NCBI GenBank assembly: GCA_963781615.1
Contig: CAWAGI010000008.1
Coordinates: 3,939 to 67,938 of the forward strand
Source: an uncultured Actinomycetes bacterium
GTDB lineage: Bacteria; Actinomycetota; Acidimicrobiia; IMCC26256; JACDBD01
Direction: 5' to 3'
DNA: 64,000 nucleotides
Below are positions 63,308-64,000 of the stretch, piece after piece. A program made the position numbers and the translations under genes. The stretch's first letter is position 1. Each line of letters opens with the position of its first letter. Under the pieces are notes generated by a model. That model was not told where the DNA came from. It was given only the letters and a program-made list of their open reading frames with translations, and ran no database searches.

Positions 63308-64000
63308 GCGCATCCGTCGCGCGGGCGCGGATGCTCGCCGGGCTGCCGATCACGGAACGGGTGCTCGACGTCGACGGCGTCGAGACCACTGTCCTCGAGG
63401 CCGGCGACGGACCGCCGCTGCTCCTGCTGCACGGCGGCATCGAATGCGGAGGCGCGTACTGGGCGCCGGTCATCGCACGGCTCGCGGAGCGTCATCGGCT
63501 GGTCGTGCCCGACGCCCCCGGGCTCGGCGAGTCCGCACCCGTCGAACGCCTCGACGACGACACGTTCGCGGCCTGGTTCACCGGTGTGCTCGAAAACATG
63601 CAGTGCGTGCGACCGATGCTCGTTGCCCATTCGCTGCTGGGCAGCACCGCGGCGCGCTTTGCCGCTGGGCGGGGCGACCTCTTGCGCGGACTCGTCGTGT
63701 ACGGCGCCCCCGGTGTGGGGCCGTACCGCATGCCGATGCGCCTTCGATACGTGGCGATCCGCTTCGGCATCCGGCCGAGCGCCCGCAACGCCGAGCGGTT
63801 CGATCGCTTCGCGCTCCTCGACCTCGACGCCAATCGCCGTCGCGACCCCGAGTGGTTCGCCGCTTTCGATGTGTACGCGAGGTCGCAAGCCACGTTGCGG
63901 CACGTCAAGCGGACCATGAGCAGGCTGATCGCGACCGAGACGAAGCAGATCCCCGATGCCGACCTCCGTCGCATCGCCGTGCCGACGACGCTGCTCTGGG
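63304..64000 (+). CDS. Alpha/beta hydrolase, runs off window
   Basis: AGDGPPLLLLHGG, VPDAPGLGES, AHSLLG; GTGA overlap with the upstream gene. Confidence 0.85.
   Translation, partial: MSASVARARMLAGLPITERVLDVDGVETTVLEAGDGPPLLLLHGGIECGGAYWAPVIARLAERHRLVVPDAPGLGESAPVERLDDDTFAAWFTGVLENMQCVRPMLVAHSLLGSTAARFAAGRGDLLRGLVVYGAPGVGPYRMPMRLRYVAIRFGIRPSARNAERFDRFALLDLDANRRRDPEWFAAFDVYARSQATLRHVKRTMSRLIATETKQIPDADLRRIAVPTTLLW

Overview
High-GC actinobacterial chromosomal DNA, probably from an Acidimicrobiia-like lineage (inferred from the mycothiol genes ino1/mscR, an F420-dependent reductase, DUF3039, a 13E12/DUF222-HNH gene and a CGAAC-N4-GTTCG SOS box). No rRNA, tRNA, CRISPR array, transposase or integrase was recognised. 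About a dozen otherwise intact genes carry 1-bp frameshifts, most likely long-read consensus errors. Separately, a set of gene fragments and chimeras (14.3-18.3 kb, 24.1 kb, 39.0 kb) looks like real deletion scars. The most interesting locus is a ~10.5 kb cluster (23.1-33.6 kb). It holds two PqqD/RRE domains, each ending in a lasso-leader-like tail ([YW]xxP...DD...LL...P...V[ED]EAGWP), one of them fused to a GT4 glycosyltransferase. It also encodes an HPr-kinase-like kinase, a nucleotidyltransferase, further GT2/GT4 enzymes, an NDP-sugar epimerase and an HTTM-like membrane pair, but no lasso cyclase, leader peptidase or free precursor peptide. All family assignments come from motif recognition by eye; no database search was run.
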